Origin: Methanococcus maripaludis
GTDB taxonomy: Archaea; AGJL01; Methanococci; Methanococcales; Methanococcaceae
Assembly: GCF_002945325.1 (NCBI RefSeq)
Contig: NZ_CP026606.1
Location: 1,080,001 to 1,112,000 of the forward strand
Direction of reading: 5' to 3'
Length of the DNA: 32,000 nucleotides
The translations under genes were made by a program, and so were the position numbers. This document shows positions 18,911-29,245 of the stretch, in pieces. The stretch's first letter is position 1. Every line of letters begins with the position of its first letter. The notes under the pieces were generated by a model that saw only the letters and a list, made by a program, of their open reading frames with translations, ran no database searches and was not told where the DNA came from.

Positions 18911-20110
18911 TTATTTTTTTAATTTTTCGATATGGTTTAAAACTGCAATAACACTCATTGCAACCCCTTCAACTTCGATTCCACCGACTCCTTTTACGCC
19001 ATCTCCAACAAGTAATAAGTTGTTTTTAACGATTGGATTTAAGTCAGTTCCATTTGAGGCATGATTTACAGGCCAACCATTACCGTAACTTTGGATAGAT
19101 ATTACTTCGTAATCTTTTCCACCAAATAATGATTCAACATCATTTAAAGCAAGGTTTATCTCTTCTTTAGTATTGTTTTTTATTTGGGTTGCATGTAGCA
19201 TTATTAAATTGTAGTCTTCCTTTGCCAAACTCCTGTCAACGTTTGAAGGCTGGTTTAAACCGTTAATTCTTTCACAATCTGTTGTAAATATGACACTTGC
19301 GCCATCCACGAGACTAGATTTACTTGCAACGTTTATTTTTATTCCTTTTGATGGAACCGGCTCTTTTTCAATAAATTTAATATTTGAAAGGCTTTCCGTT
19401 ACTTTTGGAGATGCATTGCTGATTATTATGTCAAATGGTTCTGAATCAATAAAAGCACCATTTTCTTCAACTTCAATTTTTTCTACCGTATGATTTGTGT
19501 GGATTTTCCCGCCGTTTTTATTAATTATTTCAATAAGGCTATCTGTAACGCCCTTGCAACCACCAACCGGAATTCCTGGGCCCCCAAATTTATGGTATAA
19601 TTTACTTATTTCGATAATTTCTGACATTGGGGTATCATATGCATTTAAACTTAAAGCCCAACCACTAAATGAGTTTCCAACAGCAAGGGCAAGAGGAATA
19701 TCCTCTAAAAATTCACCAAATGACATATTTTTGTCGATTTTTCCAAGTTTAAGGCTTGCAGCAAGTTTTAATGCTTTTAATTTTTCTTTTGCACTAACTA
19801 ATCCAAAAATGTCTTTATAAAGATGATTTTTTCCATTTATTCTAAAATAACCGTCCGGCACGGAATTTACTATTTTTACATTACTTCCTGCTCTTCGAAG
19901 GGTTTGTGCTAAATACCCGTAGTTTCCATGAGGGATCATGTGAAGGGCTCCTGTTGTCAGTTGGAATCCTTTGTAGGGAATATTTGTAAATCTACCTCCA
20001 ACAAATGGAAGTTTTTCGTAAATTGTAACTGAGTGTTCTTTTGATAAAATTGCACCGCTTAATAGGCCCCCAAGGCCTGCTCCAATAATTCCAATCTTCA
20101 TAAACATCAC
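18911..20110 (-). CDS. FAD/NAD(P)-dependent oxidoreductase, phytoene-desaturase (CrtI)-like family
   Basis: It has the N-terminal dinucleotide fold KIGIIGAGLGGLLSGAIL...YEKLPFVGGR and the C-terminal LLLVGDGV. The start is ambiguous between GTG 20110, ATG 20107 and ATG 20101. Confidence 0.65.
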   Translation of the reverse strand: MMFMKIGIIGAGLGGLLSGAILSKEHSVTIYEKLPFVGGRFTNIPYKGFQLTTGALHMIPHGNYGYLAQTLRRAGSNVKIVNSVPDGYFRINGKNHLYKDIFGLVSAKEKLKALKLAASLKLGKIDKNMSFGEFLEDIPLALAVGNSFSGWALSLNAYDTPMSEIIEISKLYHKFGGPGIPVGGCKGVTDSLIEIINKNGGKIHTNHTVEKIEVEENGAFIDSEPFDIIISNASPKVTESLSNIKFIEKEPVPSKGIKINVASKSSLVDGASVIFTTDCERINGLNQPSNVDRSLAKEDYNLIMLHATQIKNNTKEEINLALNDVESLFGGKDYEVISIQSYGNGWPVNHASNGTDLNPIVKNNLLLVGDGVKGVGGIEVEGVAMSVIAVLNHIEKLKK

Positions 20111-20155
20111 TTAAAAAAATTTAAAATAAAAATAAGTTGAAAAAATAGTAGTTAA

Positions 20156-21379
20156 TTATCCGTACATTACGGTTAATTGTGGCATGTCGTAACTGCATTT
20201 TTCTTTCTTACCTGTGATTTTTGAGATAGCTTCTCTGAAGTCATCCATTTTGATGAATTCTCTTTCTTCTCTTATTGCAAACATACCAGCTTCAGTACAT
20301 ACTGCTTTTAAGTCAGCACCGACCATGTTTTCTGCAATTTTTGCAACTTCTCTTAAGTCCACACCTTTAAGGTTCATTTTTTCAGTGTGGATTTTTAAGA
20401 TTTCGAGTCTTCCATCTTCATCAGGCATTGAAATTTCAATGATTCTATCAAATCTTCCAGGTCTGAGTATTGCAGGATCTAAAATGTCTGGTCTGTTTGT
20501 CGCAGCAATGATTTTTACATCGCCTCTTGAATCAAAACCATCCATTTCTGCAAGAAGCTGCATTAAAGTTCTTTGAACTTCTCTATCTCCACCGGTTAAT
20601 GATTCAGTTCTTTTGCTTGCAACTGCATCGATTTCATCAATAAATATGATGCAGGGGGATTTTTCTTTTGCAAGTTTGAAAACATCTCTTACAAGTTTTG
20701 CACCTTCACCGATGAATTTTTTGACGAGTTCTGAGCCGACAACTCTAACAAATGATGCATTGGTTTCGTATGCAACAGCTTTTGCAAGGAGCGTTTTTCC
20801 AGTTCCTGGCGGACCATAGAGTAATACTCCTTTTGGTGGAACGATACCCACTTTTTCAAATAATTCTGGGTTTTTAAGTGGGAGTTCTACTACTTCTTTA
20901 ATATCTCTAATCTGGTTGTTCAAACCACCGATATCTTCAAAGGAAATGTCTGGTTTTTCCTCGATTTCCATTGCCATAGCTCGGTAGTCTTTTTCTTTAG
21001 GCAATACTTCAACAATCGCTAAAGTCTGCTGGTTTAAACAAACTCTTGCTCCTGGAACAATATCCTCAGGATCTACGAATTGTGAAAGGTTTACAAGGAA
21101 GTTTGGCCCTGTAGAACTTTTAACAACAGCCTTTCTTTCATTTACTTTATCAAGTATTGTACCGAGTATGAGTGGTGGAATTCTTAATTTATCAAGTTCT
21201 CGCTTTAATATTTCATTTTCTTTTTTAATTTGTACATTCTCTCTATTAATATCTTTATTTTTTAATTCCAATCTCAATACTTTGCTTTCTAACTCTGCGA
21301 TCTGAGTTTTTTCTTTAAATTCTTTTAAATCCATTTTATTTTTTTCTATATCTGTGGAATAATCATCTGGGTAACTCAT
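20156..21379 (-). CDS. pan: Proteasome-activating nucleotidase (AAA+ ATPase)
   Basis: An N-terminal coiled coil is followed by an OB region and an AAA module with [24 protein letters not shown] and [20 protein letters not shown]. The RBS GGAGGT precedes the ATG. Confidence 0.95.
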   Translation of the reverse strand: MSYPDDYSTDIEKNKMDLKEFKEKTQIAELESKVLRLELKNKDINRENVQIKKENEILKRELDKLRIPPLILGTILDKVNERKAVVKSSTGPNFLVNLSQFVDPEDIVPGARVCLNQQTLAIVEVLPKEKDYRAMAMEIEEKPDISFEDIGGLNNQIRDIKEVVELPLKNPELFEKVGIVPPKGVLLYGPPGTGKTLLAKAVAYETNASFVRVVGSELVKKFIGEGAKLVRDVFKLAKEKSPCIIFIDEIDAVASKRTESLTGGDREVQRTLMQLLAEMDGFDSRGDVKIIAATNRPDILDPAILRPGRFDRIIEISMPDEDGRLEILKIHTEKMNLKGVDLREVAKIAENMVGADLKAVCTEAGMFAIREEREFIKMDDFREAISKITGKKEKCSYDMPQLTVMYG

Positions 21380-21684
21380 GATTTACCTCCGTAATAAATA
21401 TGATAAAAATAGTTCTATATAGCGCTTTCTCATTGATTTTCTTTCTCGCAAAACAGTTTTTACACCTATCGAAAACATTTTTACAACTATTATTCAATAA
21501 GGGTATATGTTTATAATTTATTTGGACTATATAAATTTATGGATATAATATATAAATAGCAAAAATAGATAATATTAAATAATTGAAGATATATTCTCTA
21601 ATGAAGCATTTACCATTTGAATGCTATGTAATCAGGATAACTTGGACAAAAATATCTTTAAATTTAGTATATTAAGGTGTAGGT

Positions 21685-22161
21685 ATGCAATGCGAACTCT
21701 GCGGAAAAGAGGTTACGAATATCATTAAAACAAGAGTAGAAGGCGTAGAAATGAATGTTTGCGAGGCTTGCGCAAAATTTGGAATGTCGCCTAAAGGATA
21801 TTCTAGAAAACCAAAGGCAGTATTCAAAAATGAAACAAAACAAAAACAAGCTAAAAGACCTAGAAGAGACATGTTTGATAATTTAAAAACCCTAGTCGAA
21901 GATTACGGTTCTCTTGTAAAAGAAGCAAGGGAAAAGAAAAACATGACTTTAGAGGAACTTTCAAGAGCTGTTGGAATTAAAGAATCCCTCATTCATAAAA
22001 TAGAAAGAAATGAAATCGAGCCTGAGGAAAAATACGTAAAAATCCTTGAAAAAGAACTTGGAATTTCTTTCTACGAAGAAGGAGATCTAAATTACGAAAC
22101 AAGCAATGAAGATAGTGAATTTACTCTTGGAGACTTCATTAAAGTTAAAAAAAGAAAATAA
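21685..22161 (+). CDS. mbf1: Archaeal MBF1 (zinc-ribbon plus Cro/C1-type HTH multiprotein bridging factor 1)
   Basis: The zinc ribbon is MQCELCG...CEACAKFG. The HTH is REKKNMTLEELSRAVGIKESLIHKIERNE. The RBS AAGGTG precedes the ATG. Confidence 0.85.
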   Translation: MQCELCGKEVTNIIKTRVEGVEMNVCEACAKFGMSPKGYSRKPKAVFKNETKQKQAKRPRRDMFDNLKTLVEDYGSLVKEAREKKNMTLEELSRAVGIKESLIHKIERNEIEPEEKYVKILEKELGISFYEEGDLNYETSNEDSEFTLGDFIKVKKRK

Positions 22162-22169
22162 CTTAATAA

Positions 22170-22943
22170 TTAATTTATCAATGTTCCTTTTACATTTTTT
22201 AAAAGGGCATTGTATATATTTCTTTTTTTATTTCCATTGAAAATTATCGTTTTAATGCCTAATTTGTAGCATTCCATTACTTTTAGATGCATTCCACCCG
22301 TTACATCTTTTTTATTTGATGGTTTCAACGATTTTAAAACATCATTGATATTTTTTGAATTAATATTCTCGATTATTTTAAACTCTGAATCCCATACTCC
22401 ATCGACGTCCGATGCATGAAGGCTTAAATCAGGATTTAATTTTTTTGAAAGAAATGGAAGTGCATGATCTCCTGAAAAAATCTTGAAATTATCTGTTTTT
22501 TCATCAATTACGATATCTCCATGAATTACTGGAATCAATCCCTTATCGAGCATTTTTTCAACTGCGTTAGTGTCAAAATGTAAATTTGAATCATTATCAA
22601 AAGTAATGAATGACGAAGCTTGAATTGAAACTGCAGGAATTTCAAAGTTTTGAAGTTCTTCAATTACAATGTTGTTGAATTTACGCATTGCTTTTTGAAT
22701 TTCCCAGTATCCTTTTTCCATATTTTCAAATTTTCCATCTTTAAGATATTTTTTTGCAACAGGGTGGCCAAAAGAGCCTCCACCATGAACAATAATTAGT
22801 TTAAACTCTTCGTTTTTAGATTTGTAGTATTCAATTGATTCTTTTATTTCAATCGCGATATTTTCTAAATTTTCCCAGTTTATTGAGTAAGGGATGTTTT
22901 TATCGCAGAGGATGCTCCCGCCTAGTTTTAAGATTGCAAACAT
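22170..22943 (-). CDS. ipk: Isopentenyl phosphate kinase
   Basis: ILKLGGSILCDKNIPYSINWENLENIA, IIVHGGGSFGHPVAKKY, VIHGDIVID and DVTGGM are near-collinear with the Methanocaldococcus IPK as I remember it. The RBS is GGTG. Confidence 0.9.
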   Translation of the reverse strand: MFAILKLGGSILCDKNIPYSINWENLENIAIEIKESIEYYKSKNEEFKLIIVHGGGSFGHPVAKKYLKDGKFENMEKGYWEIQKAMRKFNNIVIEELQNFEIPAVSIQASSFITFDNDSNLHFDTNAVEKMLDKGLIPVIHGDIVIDEKTDNFKIFSGDHALPFLSKKLNPDLSLHASDVDGVWDSEFKIIENINSKNINDVLKSLKPSNKKDVTGGMHLKVMECYKLGIKTIIFNGNKKRNIYNALLKNVKGTLIN

Positions 22944-22964
22944 GGATATACACCAAAAAAAAGA

Positions 22965-23816
22965 TTATTGGGGGTTTTCTGTAAAATAAGGTAGCGTTTC
23001 ATTTGTAGTTATTAAAATAGGTTTATCAATTTCTTTTAATCTTTCAAATAAAAGTTCTTTTCCAGAATTTGAAAGTGCAAAAATTGGAACTCCGCTTCCA
23101 GCCTGCGCTTTTATATTAAATGATTTTGATTTTAAAAGGTTTTTCGATGCACATGCTGAAATTAAGTCGATATATTGTAGATATTCATCATAATCTGAAA
23201 GACCAATTCCTGTCGTATGAACTCCAAAAGTTATGATTTTTACATCATTCTTTTCCAACTTTTTTATTTCTAAAGCATCTTTTAAATTGGAAACTGAAAC
23301 TCCGATTTTTTTGTAGCCCAGTTTAATTGCAAGTTCTACTCCCTTAATCTGATTAATCAAAGCATCATCTTTTGACAAAACTATTCCGTTAGCTTCTTCA
23401 ATTTTTTCGATTACTTCTTTTATTGGGGTAGTCTGAATAATTCCAGAAATCCTTCCGCAAAGTCCTTGAACGAGTTTCGGGTTATTTGTAATAACAGTTC
23501 CAGCACAGTCACTTACAACAACAACAGCATCTAAAAATCCTTTTTTTAAAGCACTCATAAAAATTTCAGAGGTTCCAAATCCAACAAAGGGCGAATCATC
23601 TAAAACAACCCTGTTTTTTGTAAACAAACCAAAACTTTCAATCCGAAATTCAACGTTTTTCTGGATTGATTCTTTGTTAATTTCGTTAATTCCTCGATGT
23701 TTTGCAAAAAGTGGGCAAAAAGAGATAATAGGATCGCTAACATCGACTATTTTTCCATTTTTTACGGTAACTTTCGCGTTTCCGAGAACTTCCATTACGT
23801 GGATATCATCAGTCAA
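22965..23816 (-). CDS. Conserved archaeal protein, possibly DUF2099 / methanogenesis-marker-8-like
   Basis: The TTG start follows the RBS GGTGG (23826-23822). The family assignment rests on memory of the length and context of this methanogen-restricted family, not on a diagnostic motif. Confidence 0.35.
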   Translation of the reverse strand: MTDDIHVMEVLGNAKVTVKNGKIVDVSDPIISFCPLFAKHRGINEINKESIQKNVEFRIESFGLFTKNRVVLDDSPFVGFGTSEIFMSALKKGFLDAVVVVSDCAGTVITNNPKLVQGLCGRISGIIQTTPIKEVIEKIEEANGIVLSKDDALINQIKGVELAIKLGYKKIGVSVSNLKDALEIKKLEKNDVKIITFGVHTTGIGLSDYDEYLQYIDLISACASKNLLKSKSFNIKAQAGSGVPIFALSNSGKELLFERLKEIDKPILITTNETLPYFTENPQ

Positions 23817-23839
23817 TTAAGCCACCATTCTTAAGTTAT

Positions 23840-24232
23840 TTATTCTTCTTCAATTTTGGGAGTTTCTTCTTTTACCATTCTTTCGATTGTGGTATTTGAA
23901 GGGACTGCTAAAACTTTGGTTTCACAGAGTCTTACTATTTTTCCGCCAGTTTTTCCAACTTTTTCTTTTAAACTGGATAAAATTTTTGCGTAGTCGTCAT
24001 CAAGATCTCTTTCAAGGTTGATCGTGTTTGCAATAACTAAATAACCTGCTTCAGTTAAAACAGCTATATCTGTTGCATCTTTGAAGTCTTCTAAATCGCA
24101 AACTTTAATTTTTATAGTTTCGAGTCCTTCGTAGCCTTTTACTGGGAGTTCTACGTATTCTTCAATAGGTACAGGACTGCTTGTTTTTAATGAATCGCCT
24201 GAAATCATTTTTTTGATTTTTTTGAACAACAC
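23840..24232 (-). CDS. sepF: Cell division protein SepF (archaeal FtsZ membrane anchor)
   Basis: EEYVELPV...IKIKVCDLEDFKDATDIAVLTEAGYLVIANTINLERD...GGKIVRLCETKVLAVPSN aligns along its length with archaeal SepF (the Haloferax type EDYVELDL...VIADIT...GDIVQKGDDQIVITP). The N-terminal MLFKKIKKMI looks like an amphipathic membrane-targeting helix. Confidence 0.8.
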   Translation of the reverse strand: MLFKKIKKMISGDSLKTSSPVPIEEYVELPVKGYEGLETIKIKVCDLEDFKDATDIAVLTEAGYLVIANTINLERDLDDDYAKILSSLKEKVGKTGGKIVRLCETKVLAVPSNTTIERMVKEETPKIEEE

Positions 24233-24235
24233 AGA

Positions 24236-24790
24236 TCACCTTCTCAATATTTCTATGATTGTACTTAGTAATTCCCCGATACCTTCGTACGTGTTTGAGG
24301 ATGTGAAAAAAACCTTGTTTTCCAATCTCCCCTCAACATACTTTCGCAGATCTTCTCGTTTGGAATTTTCTATCAAGTCACATTTATTAATAACTACTAT
24401 AATAGGTTTTCGATATCGGAATTTCAATAAGTGGTGCAGTTTTTCGAAACTTTTGAATAAGTCAGTACTTCCATCGATTATGTGGATTATCAAGTCCGAG
24501 TCATCAATTTCTTCATAAGTTTTTTCAAGAACGCTGCCGACCATAACAACCGATCTATTTTCGCCTGCGTAGAGTCCGCCCAAATCTACAAACGTGATTT
24601 TTGCAAAATCCGGATTAATTTTTTGTTTCCCTATCTTAATTTTGCCCCAGAACTTTTTTACGGGCATTTTGGTGGTTCCACCAACTTCTGAAACTTCTGA
24701 AATGTTTTTTCCGAAAATGGAATTTACTAACGACGATTTTCCAGAATTTTCCGGGCCAACAAGTGCTATTTTAAACTGGTGTTCTTCCAT
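24236..24790 (-). CDS. Small single-domain GTPase (TRAFAC class, Era/EngA/HSR1-like)
   Basis: G1 is GPENSGKS, G2 is GGTT, G3 is DLGG and G4 is NKCD. Its TGA stop (24238-24236) lies inside the RBS GGTGA of sepF. Confidence 0.8.
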   Translation of the reverse strand: MEEHQFKIALVGPENSGKSSLVNSIFGKNISEVSEVGGTTKMPVKKFWGKIKIGKQKINPDFAKITFVDLGGLYAGENRSVVMVGSVLEKTYEEIDDSDLIIHIIDGSTDLFKSFEKLHHLLKFRYRKPIIVVINKCDLIENSKREDLRKYVEGRLENKVFFTSSNTYEGIGELLSTIIEILRR

Positions 24791-24865
24791 TTTTATCCCA
24801 AAGTTTGTTAATTATAAAGTATAATAAAACATAATATTTAATGTATAACAATTTTTAGGGATAAC

Positions 24866-25657
24866 ATGAAACTCGCGGTAGTTTTTGATGCATCGGGCAC
24901 TCTTGTAAGCATAAGAAGAATTATCAAAAATGTGATTACTCAGAAGTTTTTATGCAACTGCCAGACAGTTGATATTGTAGATCAGAAAGAAGGAAGAAGC
25001 CTCGTAATTTTAAAAGAAAATCCCCTTGAAGTATTAGATAATGAAAACCCCGACATTTTAATTTCAAGTTTTTTAAATGGTGTAAACTGGGGAATTTCTT
25101 ACTGCAACCCTCCAATTGACAAATCTGGAATTTTTAAGGACAATGAAACAAAATTAAAAGAACTTCAGGACCCTTTAACAGTTTTAAAAAGATTTGATAT
25201 TGAAACAGATTATGGTTCAGCAATTATTGCAGATACAATCTCGGGTAGGATAGAATATACGGTTGCAACAGGGGGTTGTATTTTCCCAGAAGTTTCAAAA
25301 ACAATTCAGGCCCTCGAAAATATGGGTGCATCTGTCTTTATTGCATCGGGAGACAGCAGAAAATTCATAGAACGGCTTGGAAATATTGTTGGAGTTCAAA
25401 ATAAGTGTTTAATGCCTGAAGCCCACCATAAATTAAAAAGAGACCTTATTTTAAATTTAAAACAGGAAGGATATACTGTAGTAATGGTTGGGGATGCATC
25501 AAACGATATTTTAGCAATGGAAGAAAGCGATTTATCAGTTATAACTCTTCAAAACGGAAATGTATCAAAAAAAGCTCTCGAAACAGCACAGGTAAAAATT
25601 GAAAATATCTCAGAAATAGTTGATATAGTTAAAAATTACATGAATGAAAAAAAATAA
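24866..25657 (+). CDS. HAD-superfamily hydrolase of the soluble P-type-ATPase-like group
   Basis: Motif I is VFDASGTL (a Ser at the +2 position where canonical HAD hydrolases have Asp; the catalytic loop resembles the P-type DKTGT). It also has ASGDSR and MVGDASNDILAM. Confidence 0.7.
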   Translation: MKLAVVFDASGTLVSIRRIIKNVITQKFLCNCQTVDIVDQKEGRSLVILKENPLEVLDNENPDILISSFLNGVNWGISYCNPPIDKSGIFKDNETKLKELQDPLTVLKRFDIETDYGSAIIADTISGRIEYTVATGGCIFPEVSKTIQALENMGASVFIASGDSRKFIERLGNIVGVQNKCLMPEAHHKLKRDLILNLKQEGYTVVMVGDASNDILAMEESDLSVITLQNGNVSKKALETAQVKIENISEIVDIVKNYMNEKK

Positions 25658-25662
25658 TTTAA

Positions 25663-26892
<1,230 letters not shown>

Positions 26893-27009
26893 TTAAATTT
26901 ATGGTACTCTCGATAAAAATACTAAAAGCATAATTGAATTTATATTATTTAAATCTTCCTTTTTTAAAATAACACAAAAATTCAAGTAATATATGTAGAT
27001 TTTTTGATT

Positions 27010-28212
27010 TTATCTATTTTTAATCAGTTTTTCAATCTTTTCAAGCTTTTTAACAATTTCTAGGGAATTATCCCCGAGAATTGTTAAATTGGGTTTTTTT
27101 TCTTCAAAATATAGAATATCCGAAAAGTTTTCATCGAAAAGAGTTCTGGATCTGTTCTGAATTAATTCTTCTTTTAATGACGAAATAGGGTCATTTAAAA
27201 GTTTCATCGGACATATTGAAAGTTTTGAGTTTTCCAATTTACTTTTAATCGATTCATCACTTTTTAAAGAAATGCAGGATCTTATTTTTGGATTAAATTC
27301 TTTTAATTTTAATAATAAATCTGAATTAGTATTTGAAATTCCAAAGTTGATATCTCCGTTATTTTTGACTGTTGCAATATCTAAATACGTTTCTGGTAAA
27401 AGAATACTTTCTGAAATTATAAAATTAGGATCAGCTAACGAAATGTCTATATTTTTAAGTAAATTAAATGCATAGGCTAAATTTTTTTCAACAGATTCTT
27501 TATCAATACTTGTTGGATTTGAATTGTATCCAAATTTTGTTTTTTCCGCGTAGATTACTGATCCTAACACAAATTCTTTTGCAGATACTATTGAATCTTT
27601 AACAGTCATTCCAGTGGATAAAAAACAGGTGATTGCAGAAGAATATGTGCAACCCGTTCCGTGAACTTCTTTTTCAACGTATTTTCCAGTTATTTCGATA
27701 TTTTTATTATTAATTTTTAAAACATCTGTTTTTCCGGTTACAAGTACATTAATATCATTTAAATTGGATTTGGACGTTTCAAACATTTTTTCAATGATTT
27801 CAAACTCTTTTAAATTTGGAGTTATCAAAAAGCACTCTTTAAAAAATTCGAAATACTTTTTATTTAAAAAATCATCAGAAAATTCGAAATCTGTGGTTGA
27901 TTTTAAAACAGGATCACAAATTATGTTAAAACCATACTTTTCTTTAAATTCCAAAATAATATCAATTGAATCAATGGTTAAAACTCCTGTTTTAACCCAA
28001 TTTACGTCAAAATCTTCAAAAATTGCATCAAATTGTGCTTTTATCTCTTCTTTTGATAGATCTTTTTTTAAAAAAACTTTATTATTATTTTGGGGGATAA
28101 TTGATGTTATTATTGAAAGAGGATTTTTTTGGAGTTCTTTTATCGTTTTTACATCTGCAACGATTCCTGCACCGCCTGTTGGATCAAAACCTCCAACTGT
28201 CAAGATATTCAT
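27010..28212 (-). CDS. thiDN: Bifunctional ThiDN (HMP/HMP-P kinase fused to a ThiN-type thiamine-phosphate synthase)
   Basis: The ThiD part has GGFDPTGGAGIVADVKT and HGTGCTYSSAI, followed by a ~150-aa C-terminal ThiN-size domain. ATG 28212 follows the RBS AGGTGA, which overlaps the upstream TAG stop. Confidence 0.8.
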   Translation of the reverse strand: MNILTVGGFDPTGGAGIVADVKTIKELQKNPLSIITSIIPQNNNKVFLKKDLSKEEIKAQFDAIFEDFDVNWVKTGVLTIDSIDIILEFKEKYGFNIICDPVLKSTTDFEFSDDFLNKKYFEFFKECFLITPNLKEFEIIEKMFETSKSNLNDINVLVTGKTDVLKINNKNIEITGKYVEKEVHGTGCTYSSAITCFLSTGMTVKDSIVSAKEFVLGSVIYAEKTKFGYNSNPTSIDKESVEKNLAYAFNLLKNIDISLADPNFIISESILLPETYLDIATVKNNGDINFGISNTNSDLLLKLKEFNPKIRSCISLKSDESIKSKLENSKLSICPMKLLNDPISSLKEELIQNRSRTLFDENFSDILYFEEKKPNLTILGDNSLEIVKKLEKIEKLIKNR

Positions 28213-28221
28213 GAAAATCAC

Positions 28222-29085
28222 CTAAAAAGAAATTGGAGTGTATTCCCTTTTTATTACCGGAACTTCCGAAACACAGTCGCTGTTTATTGAATTTAGTATA
28301 AATCCATCCATTGTTTTTAAATAAACAAGTAAACATCCTTTAATTGTAACATTTACGTTTGGTGCAACTTTTTTGATTTTTTCAACCAATAACAATAAAT
28401 CTTTTATTTTTCCAACGTTTTCAAGATTTCCAACGTTTTCAAGTTCTTCCAAATTTTCAGGATGAATTACGAGCTGGTGAACCATCATTTCGGAAACTCC
28501 AATTTCATTTAACATTTCACCAAGTTTTATTAATTCTTCATCATTAAACCCGGGAATATATATCGATCTTACGATTGTATGGAAATATTTTGAAGAGAGT
28601 TTTATATTTTCTAAAACTTTTTCAAAAGTATCGTCTTTTACAAGTTTTTCATGCGTTTTTTTGTTTGAAGCACTTAAACTGATCATTACTAAGTCCAAAC
28701 CAAGGTCCTTAAATTCTTTTAAAAGATCTTCGTTTAAGATTACTCCATTGGTCTGTAAATCGCACCGCAACCCTTTAGATTTTACATATTTAATTGCATT
28801 TTTTACTTTTTTTGGATACATCAGTGGTTCGCCATACTGGCTTATGGTAACTGCTTTAAATTTGCTTAAATCTCCGTATAACCCTGGTTTTACACTAGTT
28901 AAATTAGAATAACAGAATATACAGTCATGATTACATTTTTGCGTTATTTCGATAGTCGGGTGGTGATGAGGGTCTTCATTTTTCAGATCCATTCCTTCGC
29001 AACCAATACAGTGTTTTATAACTCTTAAATCACTTACAATATTTTCTAAACGGTCACAAATCTCATTTCTTAACGTTATTTTCAA
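28222..29085 (-). CDS. Radical SAM protein, subfamily unknown
   Basis: It has the CX3CX2C cluster motif CNHDCIFC followed by QYGEPLMYP (a SAM-binding GGE-like motif). An extra N-terminal CIGC pair is present. The TTG start follows the RBS GGTGA (29096-29092). Confidence 0.8.
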   Translation of the reverse strand: MKITLRNEICDRLENIVSDLRVIKHCIGCEGMDLKNEDPHHHPTIEITQKCNHDCIFCYSNLTSVKPGLYGDLSKFKAVTISQYGEPLMYPKKVKNAIKYVKSKGLRCDLQTNGVILNEDLLKEFKDLGLDLVMISLSASNKKTHEKLVKDDTFEKVLENIKLSSKYFHTIVRSIYIPGFNDEELIKLGEMLNEIGVSEMMVHQLVIHPENLEELENVGNLENVGKIKDLLLLVEKIKKVAPNVNVTIKGCLLVYLKTMDGFILNSINSDCVSEVPVIKREYTPISF

Positions 29086-29170
29086 AATTTCACCGGATTA
29101 TTTCGAAAGATATTTATTTTTCAATTTTTAAAATTTATTCTGCATATAATAATATATAGATAAAAGGTAG

Positions 29171-29191
29171 TTGTGTATAGATCTAACACAA
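29171..29191. promoter_or_regulatory. Palindromic operator candidate 1 (TTGTGT-N9-ACACAA)
   Basis: It has perfect 6-bp inverted arms at 29171-76 and 29186-91, flanked by TAG and ATA. Confidence 0.5.
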
Positions 29192-29200
29192 ATAAAAACA

Positions 29201-29208
29201 TTTATATA
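29201..29208 (+). promoter_or_regulatory. TATA box candidate for the DUF169 gene
   Basis: A consensus TTTATATA lies 64 bp upstream of ATG 29272 and midway between the two palindromes. Confidence 0.5.
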
Positions 29209-29224
29209 TTACGGATGTTTATAG

Positions 29225-29245
29225 TTGTGTGTAAAGTATACACAA
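29225..29245. promoter_or_regulatory. Palindromic operator candidate 2 (TTGTGT-N9-ACACAA)
   Basis: It has perfect 6-bp inverted arms at 29225-30 and 29240-45, flanked by TAG and GTA. It lies where transcription from the 29201 TATA box should start. Confidence 0.5.

Noticed and set aside
28213-29100. TPP riboswitch upstream of thiDN
   Set aside because: thiDN has no free 5' leader because its RBS overlaps the preceding stop codon. The leader of the radical SAM gene is short and shows no conserved TPP-aptamer-like stems.
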